Part shown: piece after piece, positions 8,576-19,019 of the stretch
Layout of the letters: every line of letters begins with the position of its first letter
How positions within the stretch are numbered: position 1 is the first letter of the stretch
From: a virus
IMG/VR virus record: IMGVR_UViG_3300032257_000044
Location: 1-39,500 of that record
DNA length: 39,500 bases
Reading direction: 5' to 3' (one strand)
Made by a program: the position numbers and the translations under genes
Notes under the pieces: model-generated
The model's input: the letters and a program-made list of their open reading frames with translations, nothing else
The model's database searches: none
What the model was told of the DNA's origin: nothing

Positions 8576-9768
8576 TATCCGCCTGCCAAATATCCTGCGC
8601 CCAAATTAAATAACCCACCCATTAACGCGTTTCTTCCGCTCATTTGTGCATTGTAATCGCCCATTGCGTAGTTCCCTGCGGCAGTTGCCGCGCCAGTGTA
8701 ATCTGGCCCAGCCACTTGCGGAGCTTGTCCATACGCTTGGAATTGAGGCATATTTACTTGTGATCCCGTACTAAAGGCATTGTATTCATTTAATGGCTGA
8801 TTTCTTTGAGTTAATGCCTCAGATATATTTTGTCTGCGTGAATCCATACCAGTGGTAAATTCATTCATTGAACTCTGCATTTGATTCTGGAATAAATTAA
8901 TAGCCTCTGATTCAGTCATACCTCGGCTTGCCATTTCATTAACAAATTGAGCCTGTGCATCGCTCTGCCTCAATCCATGCTCTTGTGCTGCCTGAGAAGT
9001 TGCTGCAATATTAGCCTGTTGTCTTGCGTCTGTTTGCTTGCGATCTAACCGCTCCATTTCTCTATTATAAGCCTCAGAGCCTTTTGGGATGCCTTGAGCT
9101 ATTAACTGAGCAGACTTTGTGTCTCTATCACGGCCTATGTCTGTATTAACACGGCTCATCATTGCATCTACTACATCAGAGCGGGTTTTATCATAATCCC
9201 CACCCTGATATGTTGGTACATTCCCACCTATACCAGAATAGCTTGGGCCGCCATATTCTGGTGCGCTACCATCAATAGAGAATTTAGAGCCAAATGTATC
9301 TTCCATCTGACCTAAGCCCATTAATCCTAAATCAGCCGACTTTTGCTGAGATTGCTGGCCAGTCTCAAATATTCTCTGTTGCTCTGGCGTTAATGTAGTA
9401 GTAGCAGTCCATTCATCTGTTAAGAAATCGTCTCTATTTGGAGCGCCCCCAAATGATCCATCACTTATAGTAGAGGTTGTTTGCAGTAAGTTTCTGACAC
9501 CATCAGATAGTCCATTCCACTGCGCCATAGCAGCATCATAGCCTTCTTGGTCAAATCCCTGTTCAAATGTCCTTGACCCTAACGGATTATATTCATTTAC
9601 GCGATTGGCTTGCGTTTGTTGTCTTGCAAGGTCTAAATTGCCTTGAGCAGTGGCTTCTGCTGCGCCAGTATAATCTGGTGCTTCAGGTAGATCAGGCCCA
9701 GACATAAAATCTCCAACGCCATCAAATACATTGCTTAGACCTGGGAATATATTGTCGTAAAATGCCAT
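8575..9768 (-). CDS. Internal-virion-like protein, Gln/Gly/Asn-rich (397 aa)
   Basis: Track ORF. Low-complexity Q/G/N/A composition, position after the nozzle-like gene. Confidence 0.35.
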   Translation of the reverse strand: MAFYDNIFPGLSNVFDGVGDFMSGPDLPEAPDYTGAAEATAQGNLDLARQQTQANRVNEYNPLGSRTFEQGFDQEGYDAAMAQWNGLSDGVRNLLQTTSTISDGSFGGAPNRDDFLTDEWTATTTLTPEQQRIFETGQQSQQKSADLGLMGLGQMEDTFGSKFSIDGSAPEYGGPSYSGIGGNVPTYQGGDYDKTRSDVVDAMMSRVNTDIGRDRDTKSAQLIAQGIPKGSEAYNREMERLDRKQTDARQQANIAATSQAAQEHGLRQSDAQAQFVNEMASRGMTESEAINLFQNQMQSSMNEFTTGMDSRRQNISEALTQRNQPLNEYNAFSTGSQVNMPQFQAYGQAPQVAGPDYTGAATAAGNYAMGDYNAQMSGRNALMGGLFNLGAGYLAGG

Positions 9769-9853
9769 AATTGTTCTCTTTGTGAGTTATGCTAACTGAA
9801 GGAGCTGTCTGCGCCAAAGAGTTAAACCTATAATAACCTAAAACTATAAAAAA

Positions 9854-11416
9854 TCAAATAACGCCACCCGTTTCAAATAAATAATCGCAAGCAGTCCAAT
9901 GAACTTCTAAGCTATCCGTATTAACTTTAAGCCCACCTGATACACAATAACCAACATTAGCAGCAGGTGAAGTCCACTTTCTAACAATCTTAAGACCACT
10001 TAACCATAAGCCTATATCCCATTGAGACACATCCCAAGCAGATGAACCTGTAGATGTAAAACTCGATATGCCCGTTATTTCATTGTCAGAATAGTCAATA
10101 TCAAACCCTGTTAAAAATGTAATATCACCATTGACCTGAAGTAATGGCCTGAACATCTTTATATCTTTTTGTTGTGATTGCATACCAAAATAGTTAAAAG
10201 CGGTTTTACCAATACCAATAATCTCATCACCATTATCATCTGTTCCTGACCATGCCTTTTGAACAACTGTAGATGCACCAAAATACAGTTCATCATTGTA
10301 CATAGCAAAACACTCGCCATCCCAATTTTCAAACTCACACCATGATTTACTAATTGTGTTCATCACATATTGCTTATGCTGACCGCCTTCAGCTACGGGG
10401 ATATTAAATATTAAAGCTGATTTTAAAGGGTGAATGGTACAATCCCACCCAAAATTACTACCATAAGAAGCCGCTGATAAATTAAACTCTTTTTCTATCT
10501 TATCTGTTAAAGATACCCGTTCGTCTATTTTTGCTTTCTTTAACGCTTCACTAAGTGGGTAAGCGCCATTCTGTGTTAATGCAATTAAATCACCGCCAAA
10601 TTGAACAAATGCACGTCTACCTAATGGTTTGCCAAGAAAATAAGTGCCTATTTTAACCCAATTTGCAGCCGTTGACGGATCAGTACCACGATATATAATT
10701 GCCTCACCCTGAGAGGTCATAAAAACAATATGATCGTCTTGACCATTGCCACCGTCAAATGTCCAAGTAGCAGCCCACATCAAATAGCCGCCTAAATTAG
10801 CAAATGATGATAAGTCAAAAGCAGTTAGAGCGCCACCAGCAGCGCCCGCTGCTAGATATTCAAACTCCAAACTATCATTTTTAAGAAAAAATAATCTACC
10901 ATTATATTCAGTAACATTGACCAAATCAGTTAATGTTGCGCCAGTTAATACAGGAGTTGATGTTGTTCCATTAATCAATTCCCAAGCTGTACCATTATAA
11001 TAATAGGGCGCATCAACACCATTAACCATAATTAAATAGTTATTAGTTCCATCACCAAAATTAATAGTCTGCCACCTACCATTAGTAACAGTTAATGTTT
11101 CTGCTGTGGCAGCGCCAGGTGAGCTTGCATCATATACATCAGTAGAGGTGCAAGCGAACATATTATTAGTGCCATCCATACCATTATAAACAGCTATAGT
11201 CTCAGTTGTTCCCGTTATATCTGTAGAATATGCAGAATTACCACCCCTCAATACACAGTCTGTAGTTGTAGGAAACCAGTTAACTAACTTAATAGCGTCT
11301 TGTGGTGGCATTGAAGCAATAGAGTTTTTAGCATTCCAGCCGCCCAATGGTGCAGGAACGCTCTGAACCTGAGAAACTTGCGCTCTAGGGCCTTTTGTTC
11401 TTATTGGCCGCCTCAT
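9854..11416 (-). CDS. Tail tubular/nozzle-like protein (520 aa)
   Basis: Beta-rich sequence with many W/G/N/T residues. Sits between the adaptor-like and internal-virion-like genes. Called from position. Confidence 0.35.
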   Translation of the reverse strand: MRRPIRTKGPRAQVSQVQSVPAPLGGWNAKNSIASMPPQDAIKLVNWFPTTTDCVLRGGNSAYSTDITGTTETIAVYNGMDGTNNMFACTSTDVYDASSPGAATAETLTVTNGRWQTINFGDGTNNYLIMVNGVDAPYYYNGTAWELINGTTSTPVLTGATLTDLVNVTEYNGRLFFLKNDSLEFEYLAAGAAGGALTAFDLSSFANLGGYLMWAATWTFDGGNGQDDHIVFMTSQGEAIIYRGTDPSTAANWVKIGTYFLGKPLGRRAFVQFGGDLIALTQNGAYPLSEALKKAKIDERVSLTDKIEKEFNLSAASYGSNFGWDCTIHPLKSALIFNIPVAEGGQHKQYVMNTISKSWCEFENWDGECFAMYNDELYFGASTVVQKAWSGTDDNGDEIIGIGKTAFNYFGMQSQQKDIKMFRPLLQVNGDITFLTGFDIDYSDNEITGISSFTSTGSSAWDVSQWDIGLWLSGLKIVRKWTSPAANVGYCVSGGLKVNTDSLEVHWTACDYLFETGGVI

Positions 11417-12120
11417 ACGTTAAAGCTGCCATCTGGCACATATACGCGAGGCTGAGGCGAGTAATTGCCTTCAGACATATTGATATTACGCCTCATTGAA
11501 TCGCTTGATAATGCTTTTGATACCATTTGTTCATAAGTGTTAAAGTCTTCAGCATACTCTAGACCTTTCTCTTTCTTCCACCGCCATCTAAGGCCCATCA
11601 TTATGATTTTTTCAGGGAAAAGAAATGTATCTGTATCTAAATTAAAATACTGACTGTAGGTTGTGCCATCAGCGCCTAATATCCAGTTTTCAGAGATATA
11701 TTCAAACGCCCATGTATGTCCTGCTGCTGGTACTGGATTACATAAAAGATTGCCACCTCTAAATCTTGCCTGATAACGTGGGCCAGTAACTTCAATTGCT
11801 TTTACTTGTTGCCAGTCAGTAGCGTCAATAACATAAACAGGCAGCCTTAAATCTCTATCCCATATTGTATTATCTTTTATATAAGCAAATCCGTTAGAAG
11901 CAATAGTCTGAATAGAGCCTTGATCCTCTGTCGCTATCGTTGTATGAGTTGCCTCATTGGTTAAAGCTTGCCAATCGCCTCTTGTTGCTAGTTCTTGGCC
12001 TTCTTCTTCTAATAAAGCTAATGCTTGCAATACTTGCTCATCAGTAGAACCTAGTACAGTTGTTGGAACAGGTATGTTTGTTCGCTTGCAAAAATTCTGG
12101 ATAAGTTCAAGCATTGCCAT
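11413..12120 (-). CDS. Head-to-tail adaptor-like protein (235 aa)
   Basis: Track ORF. Overlaps the downstream nozzle-like gene by 4 nt. Called from position only. Confidence 0.3.
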   Translation of the reverse strand: MAMLELIQNFCKRTNIPVPTTVLGSTDEQVLQALALLEEEGQELATRGDWQALTNEATHTTIATEDQGSIQTIASNGFAYIKDNTIWDRDLRLPVYVIDATDWQQVKAIEVTGPRYQARFRGGNLLCNPVPAAGHTWAFEYISENWILGADGTTYSQYFNLDTDTFLFPEKIIMMGLRWRWKKEKGLEYAEDFNTYEQMVSKALSSDSMRRNINMSEGNYSPQPRVYVPDGSFNV

Positions 12121-12124
12121 TAGT

Positions 12125-12919
12125 TTACTCCGCTAATTTCTTTCTAAGGGTTTCTTCGCTGGTATTCCAGTGAGGTTTTTTTCCAAACTTTTGCTCATAT
12201 TGGAGCTTTAAAGTATCAATAGATTCGCTACCTTTCTGGACATCGTTTAATCCAATATCTATAGTCTCTGGCTCAGGTGTTATATCAGCCATAGTAATAA
12301 CATTAGTAGGCTCTACATGTGCTGGTTGAGCAGGCGCCTCTCCTGTCTCTAATTGCGCCCTATAAGATTGATTCTTTAATATCAAGCTTTCATTTTGAGT
12401 TTTAAGAGCTGCGTTTTCTTGCTCTAACGCTGTAACCCTCATTGTTAACGGGCCGTGATCGCTTGTTGCTTGCAGCCATGCTTGAGCCTTTTTCTTCAAC
12501 CCTAATGCGCCCATCCCAATACGAGATAATCCTTCATCATTGGCCTGAGCCAAATCTTCTACTGTACGAATATTAGCATATAGCAATGATTCGCATTGAG
12601 CAGGGCTTAATAATGTCCAGCCTTTGATTGGAATACCATCTTCAGGTATTTCATTGCCTTTCTTCCAAGAATCTGCCTTAGCCTGCCATGCTTCAACCCA
12701 TTTAGGATTCATACGGCCATTGCGAGCATTCATCTTAGCTTTGCCTAGCCATGCTTCCAGTTCTTCTTCGTGAAGGTCTTTAGAGCCTGGAGGCGTTACT
12801 AACGCATAATTAACATCTTTTGATACATAGTGTCCAGCTTTAATAGAAGCGTCTCTATCTTCTACTGCGCGTGTCTCAAAAATTACATAAGGTGGTCTTT
12901 CTTCTTCTGCTGTCAGCAT
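12125..12919 (-). CDS. Hypothetical virion-module protein with a central coiled coil (264 aa)
   Basis: Track ORF. Contains a heptad-like segment, LTMRVTALEQENAALKTQNESLILKNQSYRAQLE. Confidence 0.5.
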   Translation of the reverse strand: MLTAEEERPPYVIFETRAVEDRDASIKAGHYVSKDVNYALVTPPGSKDLHEEELEAWLGKAKMNARNGRMNPKWVEAWQAKADSWKKGNEIPEDGIPIKGWTLLSPAQCESLLYANIRTVEDLAQANDEGLSRIGMGALGLKKKAQAWLQATSDHGPLTMRVTALEQENAALKTQNESLILKNQSYRAQLETGEAPAQPAHVEPTNVITMADITPEPETIDIGLNDVQKGSESIDTLKLQYEQKFGKKPHWNTSEETLRKKLAE

Positions 12920-12938
12920 TATTTTATTCCTGTCTGGA

Positions 12939-13118
12939 TTAAGCGATACTTCTTAATATTACGTTTGTATTCATGATATTTGCTGCTATTGCTTTTCTAT
13001 TCTTATGAAAATTAAATCTAATAAGTGCCGATAAATTATTTACTCCGGTAAGAGTTCTAAATATCTTGTAATTGCCTTTTTCTAAACAAAAATCTTCTAC
13101 TTTTTTTTGATAATTCAT
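12939..13118 (-). CDS. Small hypothetical protein (59 aa, MNYQKKVEDFCLEKGNYKIF...)
   Basis: My translation. GAGGAA lies about 7 nt upstream of ATG 13118-13116. One codon below the track's apparent size cut-off. Confidence 0.45.
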   Translation of the reverse strand: MNYQKKVEDFCLEKGNYKIFRTLTGVNNLSALIRFNFHKNRKAIAANIMNTNVILRSIA

Positions 13119-13157
13119 CTCTATTTCCTCTGTCTGATTTATAGAAATTATATTGTA

Positions 13158-13182
13158 ACAAAGAAAGCCCCCGAAGGGACTA
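13158..13182 (-). terminator. Rho-independent terminator after the capsid/decoration genes
   Basis: The minus strand reads AGTCCCTTCGGGGGCT followed by TTCTTTGTT. This is a GC-rich hairpin (13166-13181) with a TTCG loop and a U-rich tail, 8 nt after the stop of 13190..13645. Confidence 0.7.
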
Positions 13183-13189
13183 ACCTAGT

Positions 13190-13645
13190 TTAGCGAGGGA
13201 ACATACATAAAAGTTCATTCGCGCTTGCATCACCTGCAAAACCACATACTGCGCTTGTAGCTGCCACAATTACATCTAATGTGCCATCACCTGCGCCAGT
13301 CGGGGTCATTGGGTCACCATCTGCACCCGCTGTAAAAGCAATACTTAGTGTAGCTTGGCCTTCAATTTGAATCCAACCAAACTCATTATCACTTAATGTT
13401 GCTTGCAATACACCTGCGCCAACTTCATCAGAAGCAGATAAATCACTTGTTACATCTTTAGCGGCATAACCTGTCGCTGCAACATAATAAGCTACTTCAC
13501 CTGCAACACCATCAACGGCTGCTGCTTCTTCAGAATAAGTAATGTATTTGTATACTTTACCATCCTGCATTTCTGCAATTGTACCAAGAGTAAATTGCGC
13601 TGTTGTATCTACGCGGTCTAATACCACGCCTGCTATAAAGGACAT
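13190..13645 (-). CDS. Head decoration-like protein (151 aa)
   Basis: Ala/Gly/Val-rich beta-type protein downstream of the major capsid gene and followed by a strong terminator. Its pattern recalls DUF2190-type decoration proteins, from memory and unverified. Confidence 0.3.
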   Translation of the reverse strand: MSFIAGVVLDRVDTTAQFTLGTIAEMQDGKVYKYITYSEEAAAVDGVAGEVAYYVAATGYAAKDVTSDLSASDEVGAGVLQATLSDNEFGWIQIEGQATLSIAFTAGADGDPMTPTGAGDGTLDVIVAATSAVCGFAGDASANELLCMFPR

Positions 13646-13654
13646 AATAGTCTC

Positions 13655-14278
13655 CTAATTTAATTTAGCTTTTCGGTTTGGGGTAAACATGGCCTTTTCA
13701 ACAGACCATCCAGCGTAAAGCCGGTCTCTGATAGTCTTAATTTTCATACCAGAAATTTCACTTAATTCCCTTGCCGTTTTTAAAGAATCTCCAAACATAT
13801 ATCTAGCTGTATTTCGCCTATTTGAAAGCTGCTCGATGGCGGTTGCCCATCTGCAATTATCTGGCTCATAATTTCCATCGTTATCAATTCGATCAAGAGT
13901 AGTGCCTTTTGGCCTTAACCCCATATCTTCATAAAAACTATCAAAACTATTAAGCCATCTATCACAAATAGTTATACCACGTCCACCATACTTAAAATAG
14001 TCAGGTGAGTTTTGGTTAGTACAGCGCTGCTTCATGCTTTCCCACGACTTAAAAGTAGGTACGCCTGTCATATTATGAGTCGATACTTTTTCTTTATGGT
14101 AACAACCACAAGATTTAGTCGTTTCATTAATAAGATTAGCAGCCCTAACTTTCGTATGGTTTCCACAATCACACAGGCAAAGCCAGTTTATTTCGCCATG
14201 CTTTCCTTTATGTGATCTCTCAATAACCATAAGTCTACCAAATTTCTTTCCCGTTAATTCTAATGCCTTTCTTCCCAT
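13655..14278 (-). CDS. Free-standing HNH-type endonuclease with an N-terminal Cys-rich domain
   Basis: The N-terminus LTGKKFGRLMVIER...WLCLCDCGN...SCGC is a common phage zinc module. The C-terminus LDRIDNDGNYEPDNCRWATAIEQLSNR is an HNH-like motif. Inserted between the capsid and decoration genes. Confidence 0.55.
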   Translation of the reverse strand: MGRKALELTGKKFGRLMVIERSHKGKHGEINWLCLCDCGNHTKVRAANLINETTKSCGCYHKEKVSTHNMTGVPTFKSWESMKQRCTNQNSPDYFKYGGRGITICDRWLNSFDSFYEDMGLRPKGTTLDRIDNDGNYEPDNCRWATAIEQLSNRRNTARYMFGDSLKTARELSEISGMKIKTIRDRLYAGWSVEKAMFTPNRKAKLN

Positions 14279-14340
14279 ATCAATACTCCAACATAAAATT
14301 AGAGTATATCAACGTATAAGCTACAATACAATATTAGAAT

Positions 14341-15324
14341 CTACGCTTTGAAAACTCCCTGCTGTGCGCGGTTAGAGCATTCTAAGTTACCCATCCACAA
14401 AATAGGTGTAACAACACCATCTTGATTGATAGGACGTTGGTCTTCCATAATTTCAAGGTCTGCATCTTTATGAACACAAAGACCAAAATAGTCAGTGTTA
14501 ATCATATAGCCGTGAGCAGTAGGAATACCTGAGTTACCATCGTGCATAACATCAGCATTCTTATACTTCAAGCTTACAAAGCCGCCTTGAGCCTTATCTG
14601 CATCCATATATCGCTTGATTGATACCTGGCTATTTTCATAGAACTGGTAGTAATCATTAGACATAACAATTAAGTCAGGTGCGTCTGAAGGGCCACGATC
14701 AAGCTCTAGCCATAAAGGAAGCATGATTTCGTTTTCAATAGTTGTCTCTGAAACAGTTACCGCTCCACCGCCCTGTAAAGGAGCCGCAGCAGATTGAACT
14801 GTATTACGCCAGAAAGCATTAGCCGCAGTAGTTGAGTTAATACCACCTACTGTGCCTTGACCTGAGTCAGCGATAATAGCCTGAAGACCATTGATCTGAT
14901 TTGAAGCTGTACCATCAGAATATAAATCACTTGAGAAGTTATTGTTATAAGTTCTAAGTGCATTCTTAATACGACTTTTAGCCAGGTTGATGATTTTAGA
15001 CTCACCAGAGTTAATACGAAGTTCACGACCTGATGCAACTACATTAATTGCAACTTGTCGCCATTGGTATTCCGCTGCACTAATTACTTCTGATGCAGAA
15101 ATATCCAGAATATCCCAATCGCTATAACGTTGGTAGGTTGAGTTTTCAGCGTAATCAAGCGGGCAAGCAATTGTTAAGCCGCCATCTTCTGTTCGCTGAT
15201 TGCCTTTCTTCATCATATATTTCAGAAAAGCGTTACGGTTAGAAACGTTATCTTTAATTTCTTTCCGATGTTTACGGAAGGTAGTTGATACCAGTTCCGT
15301 GAATGTACTATTTGGGGATGCCAT
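14341..15324 (-). CDS. Major capsid protein
   Basis: 327 aa, immediately after the scaffold-like gene. The size and sequence pattern look to me like HK97-fold podoviral capsid proteins. Not verified by search. Confidence 0.6.
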   Translation of the reverse strand: MASPNSTFTELVSTTFRKHRKEIKDNVSNRNAFLKYMMKKGNQRTEDGGLTIACPLDYAENSTYQRYSDWDILDISASEVISAAEYQWRQVAINVVASGRELRINSGESKIINLAKSRIKNALRTYNNNFSSDLYSDGTASNQINGLQAIIADSGQGTVGGINSTTAANAFWRNTVQSAAAPLQGGGAVTVSETTIENEIMLPLWLELDRGPSDAPDLIVMSNDYYQFYENSQVSIKRYMDADKAQGGFVSLKYKNADVMHDGNSGIPTAHGYMINTDYFGLCVHKDADLEIMEDQRPINQDGVVTPILWMGNLECSNRAQQGVFKA

Positions 15325-15334
15325 AATTTAGCTC

Positions 15335-16363
15335 CTAATGTGAACGTGATTGAATATCTTTAAATGTCTCTCTCATTGTGTCTTCCATCGTTCCATTAGA
15401 CGCTGTAGGCGCTTTTTTGGTGTTTCGACCTCTGACATTTGTCTTTGAAGCTTTCTTAGCCTTCGAGACTTCCTGTTTGTTCTTCTCAGCTTCTTTGGCA
15501 GCTTTGTCTTGTTGGACGCGCTCCATTTCTTTCTGACGAGTTACAGGATTTGCCCATACTGCTTTTTCATAAGCGCCTTCTAAATCATCACCACTGTTTA
15601 TAAATGCGACAATCTGGTCAGACACTTCATCAAAATAAGGATGAGCAGGGTCTTCAGCAAAAGCAGTTATACTCTTATTAACCTTTGATACTTCGGCATC
15701 ATGTACCTTTTTCTCATTAGCCTGAATATGACCTTTTAAGCTGTTAAGTTCATTTTGCATGTTTTGTACTACAGGGTCAACTTCTTGACCTTCTTGAGCT
15801 GGCCCTAGCGTTACACCATACTCTTGCGCCATTTGCTGAAATGCGGCTTGTTTAGCTTCAGGTGTTCCAGAAGATAGCTTATGATGGGCATTTAACATGA
15901 ATTGCAATACTTGTGGCGCTGTTGCACCATTTTGTTGTTCTATATGATCTAGCATAGGCTTAAATGGCTGCAAAGCATCACGCATTGACCTGCCTAGCGT
16001 AGAATCTTCCTTATTTAACTCTAAGCCTTCGCGCATTTGAGACTCGCGTAATTCAATATAATCTTGTACTTCAGGCTCTAATGCACTAAATTTTTCGTGC
16101 ATGTCCTTTTTCCATGACTGAGGGGGCGCTTTAGCTGCAATAGGCTCAGGTGCTTCTTCTTCATTGATTTCTAGCTCACCTGGCTCATCTTCAGGTATTT
16201 CCACTGGTTCATCTTCTTCATACTCAGCTTCTTCTGGTTCCGAGTTAGGAAATAGATCATTCGACATAGTGTCTAATGCTGAATCCATATCAATACCACT
16301 GTCAGTGGGCTCTGTTGATTCTACTGCTTCTGTACCGCTGTCTGCGATTGCTTCTTCACTCAT
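15335..16363 (-). CDS. Scaffolding protein
   Basis: 342 aa. Extremely acidic N-terminus (EPEEAEYEEDEPVEIPEDEPGELEINEEE), a helical Q/E/K-rich body and a basic C-terminus. Lies between the portal and capsid genes. Confidence 0.55.
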   Translation of the reverse strand: MSEEAIADSGTEAVESTEPTDSGIDMDSALDTMSNDLFPNSEPEEAEYEEDEPVEIPEDEPGELEINEEEAPEPIAAKAPPQSWKKDMHEKFSALEPEVQDYIELRESQMREGLELNKEDSTLGRSMRDALQPFKPMLDHIEQQNGATAPQVLQFMLNAHHKLSSGTPEAKQAAFQQMAQEYGVTLGPAQEGQEVDPVVQNMQNELNSLKGHIQANEKKVHDAEVSKVNKSITAFAEDPAHPYFDEVSDQIVAFINSGDDLEGAYEKAVWANPVTRQKEMERVQQDKAAKEAEKNKQEVSKAKKASKTNVRGRNTKKAPTASNGTMEDTMRETFKDIQSRSH

Positions 16364-16377
16364 TGTTAGCTCCTCAG

Positions 16378-16761
16378 CTATTGTCGATCTACACTTAAAT
16401 CTGCACCTGCCCTCAACTCTTGCTCTAATGAGCCTTGCTGGTCAGAGGACATATTTCTAATTGTTTTCTCTACTTCTCTATCAACCTGTAATTCAAGGTT
16501 AGCATTTTCATTCTTTATATTTCTTTCTGATTCAGCAACCATGCTTGGGTCATATTCAACACAGTTGCTTTCCTTCATATCTTCATTTCTAGCTGTGTGA
16601 TTTGTTATTGTTCGTCCTGTAGTGGGTGATTCATACGGCTCAAAAAAACGATTAATAATGTTTGCTCTTGGCTTTGTTCTCTGCTTAGGCTCCCCAAACT
16701 TCTCCACATATTCACTATAAGGGTAAAGTTTTCCGTCTTCTGAGTTTTGTATATATCTCAT
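16378..16761 (-). CDS. Hypothetical head-module protein (127 aa)
   Basis: Track ORF. 4-nt overlap with the portal gene stop. Confidence 0.5.
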   Translation of the reverse strand: MRYIQNSEDGKLYPYSEYVEKFGEPKQRTKPRANIINRFFEPYESPTTGRTITNHTARNEDMKESNCVEYDPSMVAESERNIKNENANLELQVDREVEKTIRNMSSDQQGSLEQELRAGADLSVDRQ

Positions 16762-19010
16762 TCTTTACTCCTATATGGCTCTGGTGCGCCTTCTATACAC
16801 CCTGCCTGATTAATGTCACTGGCAATATCCTTCATATGCTGTGCATGTTTATCGAGCATAGATTGCTGTCTACGCTCAGAATCCTTAACAACTGATTTTA
16901 GTTTTTCATTAGCTTCCATTTGATCTGCATCAAGTCTTATTTTATTAATGGCATCCTGCATCTTCATTTTTTCAACTGCTAGTTTCTGCTCAAAATCAAA
17001 TTTCATCTTATCTGCTGCAAGCTTATTAAATTCAGCATCCAATTGCTTGCCCGCTTTCTCTTGTTCAGCCTTAAATTGCTCAGTTGCTTGCTTTTTCTCC
17101 TGCTCAAACTTTTGTCTTTCCTGCTGTAACTTCTGGCCTTCAGCTTGCAGTTTCTTCTGCATTTCCTCTGATTTTGGATCAGCTTGAGGTTTTGGCTCCT
17201 GCATTGAATTAATTTGGTCTTCAACATCGTCACCAAACCTAAATCGTCTAGTGATTTGTATCAACATAGCCTTAGCTGCGCCAAACGGCATAATACCCTG
17301 CTGAATAAGTGGGCCAATTCCATTCATAAACTGAGCCATTGCATTCATAAACTCAGCAACCATTTGCTTATCTTCGGTCGCCTCAGCCTCTAATGTTGAA
17401 TTAGTCTCAATATCAACTTTAAATGATCTAATGTAATCGTCTTGCAAAAACTCAAGTATCTCTTCCCATGAAGGACTTTGAGCCGCTTGAACTAATTGAG
17501 GATCAGGCTTAAATGGTGGGGGAGGAGGTACTTGCTGGCCCTGCTGTTGTGCCTGCTGCATTTGAGGGGCCATTTCAGCTATTTTAGCCTTATGCTCCTG
17601 CTCCTGCATTTGTAGCATTTTCTGTGCTTTTTGCTTATTCTCGGCACTTGGATAAGGAAGGCCAGTGGTTTTGGCCCATGTTTCAGCAGATAGCTTATTA
17701 ACCGCTACATCGAGCATAATTCTCAGTGAGTCACGCGCATAGTCCTGAACACGCTTTTGAAGACGCTTAAGACGCATTGTGCCCCAAGATTCTTTAAGTT
17801 TTTGTGCGCCTAATGTTTCAGATGCTTTAGTTGATCCACGAATAACATCAGATATGCCTGTTATTTCATAAATAACCTGCTTACATGACTCACGGGCCGT
17901 ATATAACTCTCTTAACACATCAACCAATAGTTTTAATGGCATAAACCAAATAGCTTTCTCAAATCCACCATCTAATAAACTAGCGCTCTTGCTTGTAGGT
18001 ACTAGCTCATTATCTTCACCATCCATGATTTTCTCTAATTCATCACCCAAAGCGCCATCATAAGCACCACGTACCTTAATTGCCTTCACTACTTTGTTGA
18101 TTCGGCCTTGAATAACGTTTAGTTCATGTGCTTGATTCTTATAGATTGTATATAAAGCTGTAGGCATTAAATCATTAGCTTTCTCAATAAACTGCATAGG
18201 TCGAGGGCAATTAAAGAACCCTGTAATGCCTAATTCATCATCTTGAACTAATAAATACTTATTTTTATCCTGTGGCGAGATATAACGAATCTTTCTATCT
18301 TTTTTATCCCATATTTGATAAATAAGTGCGGTTTCTTTATCGCCTATATTCTTTTCTGACTCGTCAGTATCGTCGCTGTCTGATTCTTCACCTTCTGTAA
18401 ATTCTAATTTATCTGTTTTAAGTGATAAATCGTCGCATTCAACTTCTGATAAATGCAGCTCATAAGCTACCCAAGGCACGTCTTCCCATTTAAGGGCGTA
18501 TCCATAAAAAGCTCGATCCCATTTCTTAGCATCAAGACAAACAGTCTCATATTCTACTTTTTCAGTCGACTCCGTTTCTTCTTCTTCATTTGCTGGTTCA
18601 CCTGAGATCATTGCCTCATATTCGATACATGACGAACCTCTACCTGGGAGTAAAGCATCTAATGTTACAGATTGAATTGTATTTTCAAAACGCGCATAAC
18701 CATCTACATTCGTATCAAGCAGATATTCAAGCATTCTGGTAGAAGCTTTTGAGCCTGCAACGACTAATGGGCTTTCTTCAGTAGAAAACCGTCTTTTAAC
18801 GATAGGTCTTGGTGATTGTGAGAATATAGCGGGAAGTAATGTTTCAGTATTTGAGAAAAGGATATTAAATGGGATAAGCTGTGGATCATCACCATTATAT
18901 ATTTCAAGTATGTCCTGACCATCTTTGAGATAATCTTTTTCGCGCTTCTGAGCGTCTTTTATCTCATTTAGCCATTTTTGGACAACTGTTTTCGTTTCTT
19001 TTTCAGCCAT
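16758..19010 (-). CDS. Portal protein with a long C-terminal coiled-coil extension
   Basis: 750 aa, directly downstream of the large terminase. The C-terminal ~200 aa are K/E/Q-rich and helical (barrel-like), preceded by QQAQQQGQQVPPPPPF. Confidence 0.7.
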   Translation of the reverse strand: MAEKETKTVVQKWLNEIKDAQKREKDYLKDGQDILEIYNGDDPQLIPFNILFSNTETLLPAIFSQSPRPIVKRRFSTEESPLVVAGSKASTRMLEYLLDTNVDGYARFENTIQSVTLDALLPGRGSSCIEYEAMISGEPANEEEETESTEKVEYETVCLDAKKWDRAFYGYALKWEDVPWVAYELHLSEVECDDLSLKTDKLEFTEGEESDSDDTDESEKNIGDKETALIYQIWDKKDRKIRYISPQDKNKYLLVQDDELGITGFFNCPRPMQFIEKANDLMPTALYTIYKNQAHELNVIQGRINKVVKAIKVRGAYDGALGDELEKIMDGEDNELVPTSKSASLLDGGFEKAIWFMPLKLLVDVLRELYTARESCKQVIYEITGISDVIRGSTKASETLGAQKLKESWGTMRLKRLQKRVQDYARDSLRIMLDVAVNKLSAETWAKTTGLPYPSAENKQKAQKMLQMQEQEHKAKIAEMAPQMQQAQQQGQQVPPPPPFKPDPQLVQAAQSPSWEEILEFLQDDYIRSFKVDIETNSTLEAEATEDKQMVAEFMNAMAQFMNGIGPLIQQGIMPFGAAKAMLIQITRRFRFGDDVEDQINSMQEPKPQADPKSEEMQKKLQAEGQKLQQERQKFEQEKKQATEQFKAEQEKAGKQLDAEFNKLAADKMKFDFEQKLAVEKMKMQDAINKIRLDADQMEANEKLKSVVKDSERRQQSMLDKHAQHMKDIASDINQAGCIEGAPEPYRSKE

Positions 19011-19019
19011 ATTAATTCT

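Noticed and set aside
14012-17236. ORFs 14012-14215 (+), 14847-15038 (-), 16164-16460 (+), 16948-17187 (+), 17003-17236 (-)
   Set aside because: They are embedded in the HNH, capsid, scaffold and portal genes in other frames or on the other strand. Those in the portal 3' region are by-products of its K/E/Q-rich low-complexity repeat.
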